Source: a virus (lineage: Duplodnaviria > Caudoviricetes). Taken from it: a DNA stretch of 64,000 bases. The translations under genes were made by a program, and so were the position numbers. The notes under the pieces are model-generated. The model was given only the letters and a program-made list of their open reading frames with translations. It did no database searches and was not told the DNA's origin. This document shows, one piece after another, positions 17,431 through 26,800 of this stretch (position 1 is its first letter; the number at the start of each line of letters is the position of its first letter). The stretch covers positions 64,001-128,000 of IMG/VR virus record IMGVR_UViG_3300028805_000057, one strand, 5' to 3'.

Positions 17431-19842
17431 ATGAATCAAGACTACGATTTTGCCGGTTGGGCAACCAAAAATGACATTCTTTGTGAAGACGGTCGTGTTA
17501 TTAAGAAGGATGCATTTAAGGATTGCGATGGTAAACAGGTACCGTTAGTCTTCAATCATGATCACAAAGATGTTCAGAACTTTTTAGGACATTGTGTATT
17601 AGAAAATCGTGATGAGGGTGTTTACTGCTATGGCTATATAGACAAAGACACACCTGCAGGTCAGCAGGCTCTGAGTCTTATTAAACATGGAAGTTTGAAT
17701 TCTCTCTCGATTTATGCTAATAAACTTAAACAGATTGGTCATGATGTAATTCACGGTCTTATTCGTGAAGTTTCACTTGTACTTGCTGGTGCTAATTCAG
17801 GCGCTGTAATAGATACAGTATTAGCTCATGCAGAAGATGCAAGTGATATTGAAGGCGATGCTATGATAGTTTACGCTGGTGAAGAAAATCCTATTGAGCA
17901 TAGTTTTGATGATTCCGAGCACGAAGAAGAAATAGAACATTCAGCTGATGAGTCAGAAGATGATGAAGCAGTATTTGATTCTATGACAGATGCTCAGAAG
18001 AGACTTATGCTCAAAATGATGGGTATGGCTGCAGAAGATGCAGCAAATTCTACAGTTTCCCATTCTTCAAAAGATGCTGAGGAAGATGATGAAGATGACG
18101 ATGACGAAGACGATGAGTCAGAGTTAGAACATTCTAAAGAATCTTCTGAAGAGAATGAAGATAAGGATAAAAAGAAAGCTTGTTCACACAGCTTCTTACT
18201 TTTTGGTAATGATGATGAATTGAGTCATGCTTCAAAAGAAGAAGACGAAAAAGAAGAAACCAAAAATGAGGAAGATGATGAAGACAATGAAAACCTCGAA
18301 GATGCTGAAGAATCCGATGTAGAAGAGGATGACAAAGACGACGAGGAAGAAACAAATGATTCAAACAAAAATAATGAGAAGGAGAAAAAAGAAATGACTC
18401 ACAATTTATTTGAAAATCAGGCACAGAACGATGTTCTTATCCACAGCGCTGAAATGTGCAGCGAGATGATGGCAGATGCAGTTAAGTTTGGTTCACTTAA
18501 GGATTCCGTAATGGCTCATAGTGCAGATTACGGTATTGATAACATTGATTACCTTTTCCCGAATGCAAAGAATTACACCACTACTCCTGAGTTCATTAAG
18601 AGAAGAACTGAGTGGGTTAATGAAGTTCTTTCAGGCGTTCGTCAGTCACCTTTCAGCCGTGTTAAGACTATCTTCGCTGACATCACCGAGGATGAGGCTC
18701 GTGCTAAGGGTTACATCAAGGGTAACCGTAAGGCAGAGGAAGTATTCACTCTGTTAAAGAGAGAGACCACTCCTACTACCGTTTACAAGAAGCAGAGAAT
18801 TGATCGTGATGATATTATCGATATCACTGACTTCTCAGTTATCGAGTATATCAAGGCAGAGATGAGAATTATGTACGATGAGGAATGTGCACGTGCAATC
18901 CTTGTTGGTGATGGACGTAATCCTCTTAGCCCTGACAAGATCAAGGAAGCTAACATCAGACCTATCTGGACAGATGATGATCTGTTTACAGTTAAGAGAG
19001 CAATCGCTGTTACTACAGCTACAACTGATCAGGCTCGTGCTAAGGCATTTATCAAGAACCTTGTTAAGTCAAGAAAGCTTTACAGAGGTTCAGGTAATCC
19101 TACACTCTTCATCGCTGAGGACCTTCTTGCTGATATGCTCCTTATCGAGGATGAGATGGGACGTCTTATCTATGATGACATCAACAAGCTTAAGAACACT
19201 CTTCGTGTTAACAAGATTGTTGAAGTTCCGATCTTTGATGGTCTTATGAGAATAGACAATGGCGATACCAAGTATCTTGCAGCTATTCTTGTTAATCTTA
19301 ATGACTACAGAACTGGCCGTGATCGTGGTGGCGAGCTCAGCTTCTTCGATGATTTTGATATCGACTTCAACCAGCAGAAGTATCTTATGGAGTCAAGATT
19401 CTCAGGTGCTCTTGTTCTGCCTTATTCAGCAGTTGCATATGAGTTCGTTTACAATCTTACTCTTGATATCCAGGCAGAGGACAGCACTACTGTTGTTCTT
19501 GGCAAGCAGGTATCTGAGCTTCAGGAGAATGTATTCGTTAATGAGAACTCTGTACAGGGTATCCTTAACTATGTAACTGGTTATACTCAGTTCTCAGATT
19601 CACCTGAGCTTCAGGAAGGTCACTATCTTGCACTTAAGTTCGAGGCATCTGATGGAGCAACTGTTACTATCCAGACTATCGGTGGCGTAGATGATGCAAG
19701 AGTCGTTACTCTTGATCAGGATATGAATTCAGTTACTTATGTTAAGTCTACAAAGGAGAAGCTCAGAGTTACTTGCTCACTTAACGGCGACGTTATCACA
19801 AGAACTATCACCTTCAGTGGCTTAAAGCTTCTTGCTGAGTAA
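17431..19842 (+). CDS. prohead protease-scaffold-major capsid fusion with C-terminal extra domain
   Basis: N-terminal HK97-type protease (PLVFNHDH, SLSI, EVSLVLAGAN), acidic linker, capsid fold (FFDDFDIDFNQQKYLMESRFSGAL), C-terminal beta-rich extension. Confidence 0.9.
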   Translation: MNQDYDFAGWATKNDILCEDGRVIKKDAFKDCDGKQVPLVFNHDHKDVQNFLGHCVLENRDEGVYCYGYIDKDTPAGQQALSLIKHGSLNSLSIYANKLKQIGHDVIHGLIREVSLVLAGANSGAVIDTVLAHAEDASDIEGDAMIVYAGEENPIEHSFDDSEHEEEIEHSADESEDDEAVFDSMTDAQKRLMLKMMGMAAEDAANSTVSHSSKDAEEDDEDDDDEDDESELEHSKESSEENEDKDKKKACSHSFLLFGNDDELSHASKEEDEKEETKNEEDDEDNENLEDAEESDVEEDDKDDEEETNDSNKNNEKEKKEMTHNLFENQAQNDVLIHSAEMCSEMMADAVKFGSLKDSVMAHSADYGIDNIDYLFPNAKNYTTTPEFIKRRTEWVNEVLSGVRQSPFSRVKTIFADITEDEARAKGYIKGNRKAEEVFTLLKRETTPTTVYKKQRIDRDDIIDITDFSVIEYIKAEMRIMYDEECARAILVGDGRNPLSPDKIKEANIRPIWTDDDLFTVKRAIAVTTATTDQARAKAFIKNLVKSRKLYRGSGNPTLFIAEDLLADMLLIEDEMGRLIYDDINKLKNTLRVNKIVEVPIFDGLMRIDNGDTKYLAAILVNLNDYRTGRDRGGELSFFDDFDIDFNQQKYLMESRFSGALVLPYSAVAYEFVYNLTLDIQAEDSTTVVLGKQVSELQENVFVNENSVQGILNYVTGYTQFSDSPELQEGHYLALKFEASDGATVTIQTIGGVDDARVVTLDQDMNSVTYVKSTKEKLRVTCSLNGDVITRTITFSGLKLLAE

Positions 19843-19904
19843 TAAATCACTTTGCAGAGCAAACTAAACTACTCGCACTAAAATAAAGTGTTCGTAATCA
19901 AAAT

Positions 19905-19944
19905 GGGGTGCTGCGGGTAAGTTACCCGTGGTGCCCTTAATTTT
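19905..19944 (+). terminator. hairpin after capsid gene (terminator or attenuator)
   Basis: GGGGTGCTGCGGGTAA/TTACCCGTGGTGCCCT stem followed by an AT/T-rich run. Confidence 0.55.
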
Positions 19945-19964
19945 AATGGAAGGAGGACGAGATA

Positions 19965-20309
19965 ATGAGATACTTTGCTAAATTAGGTTATAGATATACT
20001 GAAGAACAGAAAGACTCTGAAGGCAGACCTAATGGTATCTATAAAGAGATTTATATTGAAAGACCTTACAAAGCAGAAGTAATGTCATCTGGTTATCGGA
20101 ACCAACAAGGCGAAGGTATTAATGATGACTACAAAATAACAAACAAGTTTAGTGTATTAGCTTGTGATGCTTTTACATTATCTCATCTGAATTCTATTAT
20201 CTGGATTGAATATTTAAATGTCAAATGGAAGGTGACTTCTGTTGATATACAAAGACCCAGATTAATAATTTCAATAGGAGGTGAGTATAATGGCGTTGAG
20301 CAAGAATAG
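19965..20309 (+). CDS. head-tail joining (stopper) protein
   Basis: Position; WKVTSVDIQRPRLIISIGGEYNG. Confidence 0.7.
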   Translation: MRYFAKLGYRYTEEQKDSEGRPNGIYKEIYIERPYKAEVMSSGYRNQQGEGINDDYKITNKFSVLACDAFTLSHLNSIIWIEYLNVKWKVTSVDIQRPRLIISIGGEYNGVEQE

Positions 20310-20598
20310 AGAAGATTTACATCAAGTACTTCTGACTTATTGTCCTAACGTATATTACCAACCTCCAGAATCAGTGAAACTTAAATTTCCATGCATAATT
20401 TATGCTATGGCTACTTTAAGTCCACAGTATGCTGACAATAATCCATATCTCTTGCATGTATCTTATGATATGAGGTATATTACAAGAGATGCAGATGATG
20501 AAACAGTATATAATTTGGCTCTATTGCCAAAGTGTAAGCATGGTAAAATGTATGCAAAAGATAATTTGTATCATCATTCTTACACAATCTATTATTAA
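20290..20598 (+). CDS. tail terminator
   Basis: NVYYQPP..FPCIIY..DNLYH motif; ATG 20290 after GGAGGTGA. Confidence 0.7.
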   Translation: MALSKNREDLHQVLLTYCPNVYYQPPESVKLKFPCIIYAMATLSPQYADNNPYLLHVSYDMRYITRDADDETVYNLALLPKCKHGKMYAKDNLYHHSYTIYY

Positions 20599-20627
20599 AA
20601 AATACAGAACAAGGAGGAAAAACAACC

Positions 20628-21326
20628 ATGGCTAAACTCACATGGGATGAAGCGGCCAATCGTTTATATGAAACTGGTGTCGATCATGTAGTTCTTTTCC
20701 CTATGTTTGGTACTACCAAAGCTAATAGTGCTTACGCTAAGGGTGTTGCTTGGAATGGTGTTACAGGTATCACAGAGAATCCTGAAGGTGCAGATGCAAA
20801 TGATATCTATGCAGATAACATGAAGTATTTGTCACTGATTTCTGTTGAGAACTGGAAGGCTACTATCAAGGCTTACACTTGGCCCAGAGAATTTAATAGA
20901 TGTCAGGGCGAGCTTGAGTATAATGATGGTACTCATATGGGATTGTTCTTTGGTCAGCAGAATCATGAAAGATTTGGTATTGCTTGGAGAACAATTCAGG
21001 GTAATGCAGTTAAGGGTGATTCTTATGGTTACAAGCTTCATGTTGCTTATGGTCTTACTGCAGCTCCTTCAGAGAAGGATCATGCTACAGTTAATGATTC
21101 TCCTGAAGCAACAGAGTTCTCATGGGAACTTAACTCAATTCCGGATGCATTTGTAACAACTGAAGATCCTAATACAGGAGAAGTTCTTGCACCTACTTCA
21201 CATATTGTAGTAGATAGTGTATTGAATCCTACTGGATATGCAGCTCTTGAAGCAGCATTATTTGGAACAGTAAGTGCAGATGCATATCTTCCTACACCCG
21301 ATTATTTAGCAACTTTAGTATCTTAA
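20628..21326 (+). CDS. major tail protein 1
   Basis: LTWD..YETGVDH..AWNGVT..YADNMKY..SPEA..FSWE. Confidence 0.85.
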   Translation: MAKLTWDEAANRLYETGVDHVVLFPMFGTTKANSAYAKGVAWNGVTGITENPEGADANDIYADNMKYLSLISVENWKATIKAYTWPREFNRCQGELEYNDGTHMGLFFGQQNHERFGIAWRTIQGNAVKGDSYGYKLHVAYGLTAAPSEKDHATVNDSPEATEFSWELNSIPDAFVTTEDPNTGEVLAPTSHIVVDSVLNPTGYAALEAALFGTVSADAYLPTPDYLATLVS

Positions 21327-21344
21327 TGAAAGGAGAAAGACATC

Positions 21345-22127
21345 ATGGCAGCTTTGGTTTGGGATGCTGATAATGAGAGACTGTTTGAGACTGGTGTGGA
21401 TCATGTAGTCCTCTATCTTATGAATGATGACGGCACATATGCTGAGGGTGTTGCATGGAATGGTGTTACCGGTATTACCGAGTCACCTGAAGGTGCAGAT
21501 GCTAATGACATATATGCTGACAATATTAAGTATCTTTCTCTGATCTCAAAGGAAGACTGGAAAGGTACTATTAAAGCTTATACTTATCCTAAGGAATTCA
21601 ATCAGTGTATGGGTAACTTTGGTGTTGGTTCAACATCTTCAGCTCTTGGTTTCAAGGCTCATGTTGGACAGCAGAAGAGAAAGAAGTTTGCTCTTTCTTG
21701 GAGAACCCGTCTTGGTAATGATACACTTGGTGATAGTTTTGCTTACAAGATTCACATTGCTTGGGGTCTGAGTGCAGCTCCTTCAGAAATGGATCATGCT
21801 ACACAGAATGACTCACCTGAGGCACAGGAATTTAGCTGGGAAATCAGTTCGATTCCTCCTCAGACAAGTGAAAAGATTCCTTATGATGGAACTACCACTG
21901 CAGCAAACAAGATTGCTGTTCAGCCTTGCGCACATGTATTTGTAGCAAGTAAGATTGTTACATTTGATCAAGTAACAGATGTTGATAATGAAGATCTTGC
22001 TGCTCTTGAAGCATATCTGTATGGCACTAATGAGTCTGCAGTGGGTGAGGGTGACGATACTCCCGCAAAGGTTCCTACTCTGACAGAACTTATTCAGGGT
22101 TATCCTACAGGCAACTACGGATCGTAA
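21345..22127 (+). CDS. major tail protein 2 (paralog)
   Basis: Same motifs as 20628..21326. Confidence 0.85.
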   Translation: MAALVWDADNERLFETGVDHVVLYLMNDDGTYAEGVAWNGVTGITESPEGADANDIYADNIKYLSLISKEDWKGTIKAYTYPKEFNQCMGNFGVGSTSSALGFKAHVGQQKRKKFALSWRTRLGNDTLGDSFAYKIHIAWGLSAAPSEMDHATQNDSPEAQEFSWEISSIPPQTSEKIPYDGTTTAANKIAVQPCAHVFVASKIVTFDQVTDVDNEDLAALEAYLYGTNESAVGEGDDTPAKVPTLTELIQGYPTGNYGS

Positions 22128-22145
22128 TTTTACAATTAAATAATT

Positions 22146-22190
22146 ATTATAGGGGGAGCTTGAAATACAGTTTCCCTCTATAATTTTTTT
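22146..22190 (+). terminator. rho-independent terminator
   Basis: ATTATAGGGGGAGCT/AGTTTCCCTCTATAAT stem followed by a T-run. Confidence 0.75.
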
Positions 22191-22364
22191 CATTAAAATA
22201 TAACTGTTCACTGCGTTCAAATTTCAAAATGAATATAAATTGGGCTTTAAATATTAGGTTCAAACGAGACTTCTCACTTCGTTCAAAGTACATTTTCTTC
22301 ATTTTTGTTCGGAAAAAAGTAGTTCTCATTTCATTCAAACTAAAAGGAGACAAGGAGATATATT

Positions 22365-22832
22365 ATGTTAAAGAAAATAATTAAGTATACAGATTTTAAT
22401 GATAATGCAAGAACACAGGAATTCTATTTCTATCTTTCAAAGAGAGATATTCAAGCACTTGATGCTAAGTATCAGGAAGATGGCGGACTTTCTGGAAGAT
22501 TTAACATTATAGTAAATGATAGAGATGCAAGAAGACTTCTTGAAACAGTTGAAGATCTTATTCTTTTATCATATGGTGTTAAGTCAGAAGATGGTACAAA
22601 GTTTAATAAGAGCGAAAAAGTAAGAGAAGACTTTAGATGGTCTGCAGCTTATGAAACTCTGTTTGATGAATTAACAGATATGAAGGATAATACTGATAAA
22701 TTCTCAGATTTCCTTAAAAAGATATTACCTAATGATGTTCAGGCACAGATTACAAAAGCAGAATCTGAAGGTAAAGTAGAAATGCCTGAGATCCTGGCCG
22801 AGGCTATTAAGGACACAGAGGCTAATAAATAA
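22365..22832 (+). CDS. tail assembly chaperone
   Basis: Position; IKYTDFN..FYFYLSK..SYGVKSEDG..SAAY. Confidence 0.7.
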   Translation: MLKKIIKYTDFNDNARTQEFYFYLSKRDIQALDAKYQEDGGLSGRFNIIVNDRDARRLLETVEDLILLSYGVKSEDGTKFNKSEKVREDFRWSAAYETLFDELTDMKDNTDKFSDFLKKILPNDVQAQITKAESEGKVEMPEILAEAIKDTEANK

Positions 22833-23461
22833 TGCTTGCATTAACAGTCAAAGCTTTTAGTGTGTTTGATGAAGCAACTGAACAATTTATTTCAGTTGAC
22901 AAACCAACTAGTCTTCTCTTGGAAAATTCTCTTTATGCTATTGGTGAATGGGAAAAAAAATATAAGAAACCATGGTTTCCAGATAGTAGAGCAAGTGCTT
23001 ATGCAAAAAAGAAAGAACAACAAGAAAAAACTCCTGAAGAAATATTGTATTTTATAAAATGTATGATACGATATAAAGATAGAGAGTTAATAATAGATGT
23101 TAGCGAGATAGATGAAAAATTACTTTATGGTTTAACAGAAGAAGATTTAAAGAAAGTAACAGATTATTTACAAGATAGTCAAACTGCTTTATCGTCTATT
23201 CCTGAAACTAAACCTGATAAGAAACATAAATCAGATCCAATTAGATTAACATCTGATAGAATGTATGCATGGCTTGCAGAATTACAAATACCATTTGAAG
23301 CTGAGTATTGGAATATTAATAGATTAATGAATGTTATACAAGTAGTTAATTATGATAATACTCCAGATGATAGAAAGAAGAGAGCTAAACCAATGGAAGT
23401 AGCTCAAGACTACGCAAGAATAAATGAAGAGCGTCTGAAAAAACTCGGCACGAAAGGATAA
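22832..23461 (+). CDS. second tail assembly chaperone-like protein
   Basis: LENSL..WE.KYKKP, IPFEAEYWNINRL; coupled to the upstream gene. Confidence 0.6.
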   Translation: MLALTVKAFSVFDEATEQFISVDKPTSLLLENSLYAIGEWEKKYKKPWFPDSRASAYAKKKEQQEKTPEEILYFIKCMIRYKDRELIIDVSEIDEKLLYGLTEEDLKKVTDYLQDSQTALSSIPETKPDKKHKSDPIRLTSDRMYAWLAELQIPFEAEYWNINRLMNVIQVVNYDNTPDDRKKRAKPMEVAQDYARINEERLKKLGTKG

Positions 23462-23467
23462 TTAATT

Positions 23468-23854
23468 ATGATACAGATGACCAGTAAGGGCGAGTGGAAG
23501 AAAACCAGGAAATGGCTTGATAAAGTCGGAAAGCACAAGTTATACTTAAATGAAATGAGAAAGTATGGACAGCGCGGAGTTGAAGCCCTGAAGAATGCTA
23601 CACCTGTCCTTACTGGTACAACTGCTGAATCTTGGTATTATGACATTAGTGAATCCGAGAAAGGCAAATATAAAATTACTTGGTGCAATAGTAATGTTGA
23701 AGATGAATGGTATAATGTAGCATTATATATACAATTAGGACATGCTACAGGAGCTGGTGTTTGGATTGAAGGTTTGGATTACATTAATCCAGCATTAAGA
23801 TCTATTTTTACAGATCTTGAAAAAGCTGTATGGCAAGAGTACAGTACAAATTAA
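23468..23854 (+). CDS. HK97 gp10-like tail completion protein
   Basis: ATPVLTG..W, IQLGH..G.DYINPA. Confidence 0.7.
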   Translation: MIQMTSKGEWKKTRKWLDKVGKHKLYLNEMRKYGQRGVEALKNATPVLTGTTAESWYYDISESEKGKYKITWCNSNVEDEWYNVALYIQLGHATGAGVWIEGLDYINPALRSIFTDLEKAVWQEYSTN

Positions 23855-23879
23855 AATCTCTTGAAAGGAGGAAATCAAA

Positions 23880-26800
23880 ATGGTCGATATAGATGAAAGA
23901 GTCGTGTCTATGAAATTCGACTCAAGCGACTTTGAGAAGAATACTAAATCGACAATGAGCATCTTAGATAAACTTCATGAAAAGTTATCATTTAAAGATG
24001 TTGCTGATAGTGATTCGCTGAACGCCATCACAAATAATGTACAAAAGATGGCAGATAAAGCTTATACAATCGTTGATAGGATGATTGATAAGATTAAAGA
24101 TAATATAGCTAATAAGCTTGTTAATTTCCTTCAAGAGAATACATTAGGACAATTTAAAGCAGGTTTTGATAAGTATGCTGATATGACTACCTCTGTTGCA
24201 ACTTTAAGTTCACAAGGTTATGCAATGAAGCGTATTAATGAACAGCTTGCGAGACTAAATTACTTTACAGATGAAACTTCATACAACTTCACTTCAATGG
24301 TTAGTGAAATTGGTAAGTTTACAGCTTCAGGACAATCACTTGAAGATGCTACGACAGCAATGATGGGTATTGCAGAATGGGCAGCACTTTCAGGTAAGAA
24401 TGCAAATGAAGCATCAAGAGCAATGTATCAGCTTTCACAAGCTCTTGGTTCTGGTACAATGAGACTGATAGACTATAAGTCAATTCAGAATTTGAATATG
24501 GATACAATCGAGTTCCGAAAGAATGCTATTGAAGCAGCTATTGCAGCAGGAACTCTTAAAGATAATTTAAATGGTACGTTTACATCATTAGTTGATAATA
24601 AGACAACATTTGCTATTCAAAACTTCGCCGAATCATTAAGTGGTAAATGGTTTAATAGTAAAGTAATGATGGAAACATACAAGAAATATTCTGATGCAGT
24701 TGATGAAATTAGAGCAATATATGAAGAAGGTACTTATACAACACTTGCCGGTGATGAAAAAGATATAAATACAACTGCAGATGCTGTTAAACTTGTTAAA
24801 GAAAATAATGAAGAACTTATTAAAAGGTTTAGAGAAGCTAATAAAAAATTAACTAGTGATCAGATTGATGACTTTCTGAAAAAATGGAAGAAAGTTGAAA
24901 AAGTCACTGGTATGACAGTTAAAGATTATGCCAAAATGCATGAAATTTCTGAAGAAGAAGCCAAAACTATGATGGCTGCTAAAGAGAAAGGTTATGCAGA
25001 ATATTTAAAAGAGTATGCAGAAGTATTTAAAGAAACTGAACAAAGTGCAGAAGAAGCTCTTGAAGATTGGCATACATATGTTTCAACTTATGGTATTAAA
25101 GCATTTGAAGCAGCTCAGGAAGCAAAGACATTTAGAGATGCTATTGAATCTGCTAAGGATGCAGCAAGTACTGTTTGGACAACTATTTATACAGAAGTAT
25201 TTGGTAATTATGAAGAAGCAAAAGAGCTTTGGACTGATTTGGCAAATGCTTTATATGAAATATTTGTAAATCGTTTGTGGGATCTTGAAGGTATCTTTAA
25301 TTATTGGAAAGATGGATACGAAAAAGATGCTGAAAAGCAAATAAAAACTCTTAAAGAAGAATATGACAAGTTAACTGCTAATGGTGCTCCTGCAGATGTA
25401 TATGGTAGACAACGTGTCGAAGAAATAAAAAAAGAAATGGCTGAAATTCAAGCACAATTGGATACTGGTTTATTAAATGGTAGACGAGTATTATTTCAAG
25501 GTTTGTATGCGTTTGGTGGTGGTTTAAAAAGCGTTATACAAAATTTTAGAGATGCTTGGAATGGATTATTTGATGAAAATGAGAGTGCTAAAAAGTTATT
25601 TAATTTAAGTGAACGTATCAGATATGATGGTTTTAGATTCTATGATATGCTTACTAATAAAGAAACTGGTTTAGTTGCTACTGATTTTTATAAAAATATT
25701 GCACAAGGTATAAAGAATTTATTTGCTCCATTTAAAGGTGCTATAGAAGTAATTAAAGCTGTTATTAATTCATTCTTACCTGCTAGAAAAACAACTAAGG
25801 ATATACTTGTTTCATTATCTGAAGCATTTAAGAATTTTACAGAGAAACTTGTACCTAGTCAAGAAACTTTACAGAAGATTGCAAAGATATTAAGAGGTGT
25901 AGTTTCTGTTATACGTTTAATTGCAAAAGCAGCATATGGTTTATGGACTGCTATAATTAAACCAATTCTTAGTGTATTGTTTGATGGTTTAGGAAGTATA
26001 ATTGGATTCTTAACAGATATACTAGCTTCAATGGCAGATGGTTTCTATGGATTTGAAAATGCTATAGGACCAATGGAAGCTTTACAGGTTGTTGCTGAAG
26101 CTGTTCAATGGGCATTTGAAGGAATTCTCGAAATACTCAAATCAGTTGCTGGTGTGATTTGGGATATATTTGGACCTGCAATTAGCTTTGTAGTTGGTAT
26201 ATTTAAAGATTTATTTAATAAAGCTAAAAATTTATTTAGTGGTGAAAAAGGTAATGTCTTTAAGAATATTGGTAATGGATTCAAGAATGTTACAAGTAGA
26301 GCTAAAGATGCTTGGAAGTCAACTGAAACCTTTGCTGATGTTTTTAATAGATTTAAAGAAGGTAAAGGCATAAGTAATGTTGTTGAATTACTTGGTGCTT
26401 TACTCGATAACTTTGTTACAAGAATTGGTAGAACTGTAATCGCAATATTCGGTCTTGAAGATGTTATAACAAATGAAAATGGTAAAATTGGAGCAGCATT
26501 CAGTGATCTTAAGAGCTCATTAAGTGGTGTTGCTACAATATTTAAATGGATTTATACAAATGTTATACGACCTACATTACAGGTAGCATTTACTGGTCTT
26601 GCTAATTGCATAAGAGATATTGGCGAAGCTTGGAAATCTGGCGACGTTATGAGAATTATGCAAATATTAACTCAAGCATTTAAGACCATCGGTAGTTTTC
26701 AATTATTTAAAGTATTACAAGCTTTAAGTAGATCATTTGGTTCTGCTGGTATTCTTAGAGTATTAAGAAATGGTGCCAAAGCATTAAAGAGTTTATCAAA

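Noticed and set aside
22800-22840. Programmed -1 frameshift in the tail chaperones
   Set aside because: No clear slippery heptamer; genes are joined by a TAATG overlap with an upstream GAGG, consistent with translational coupling
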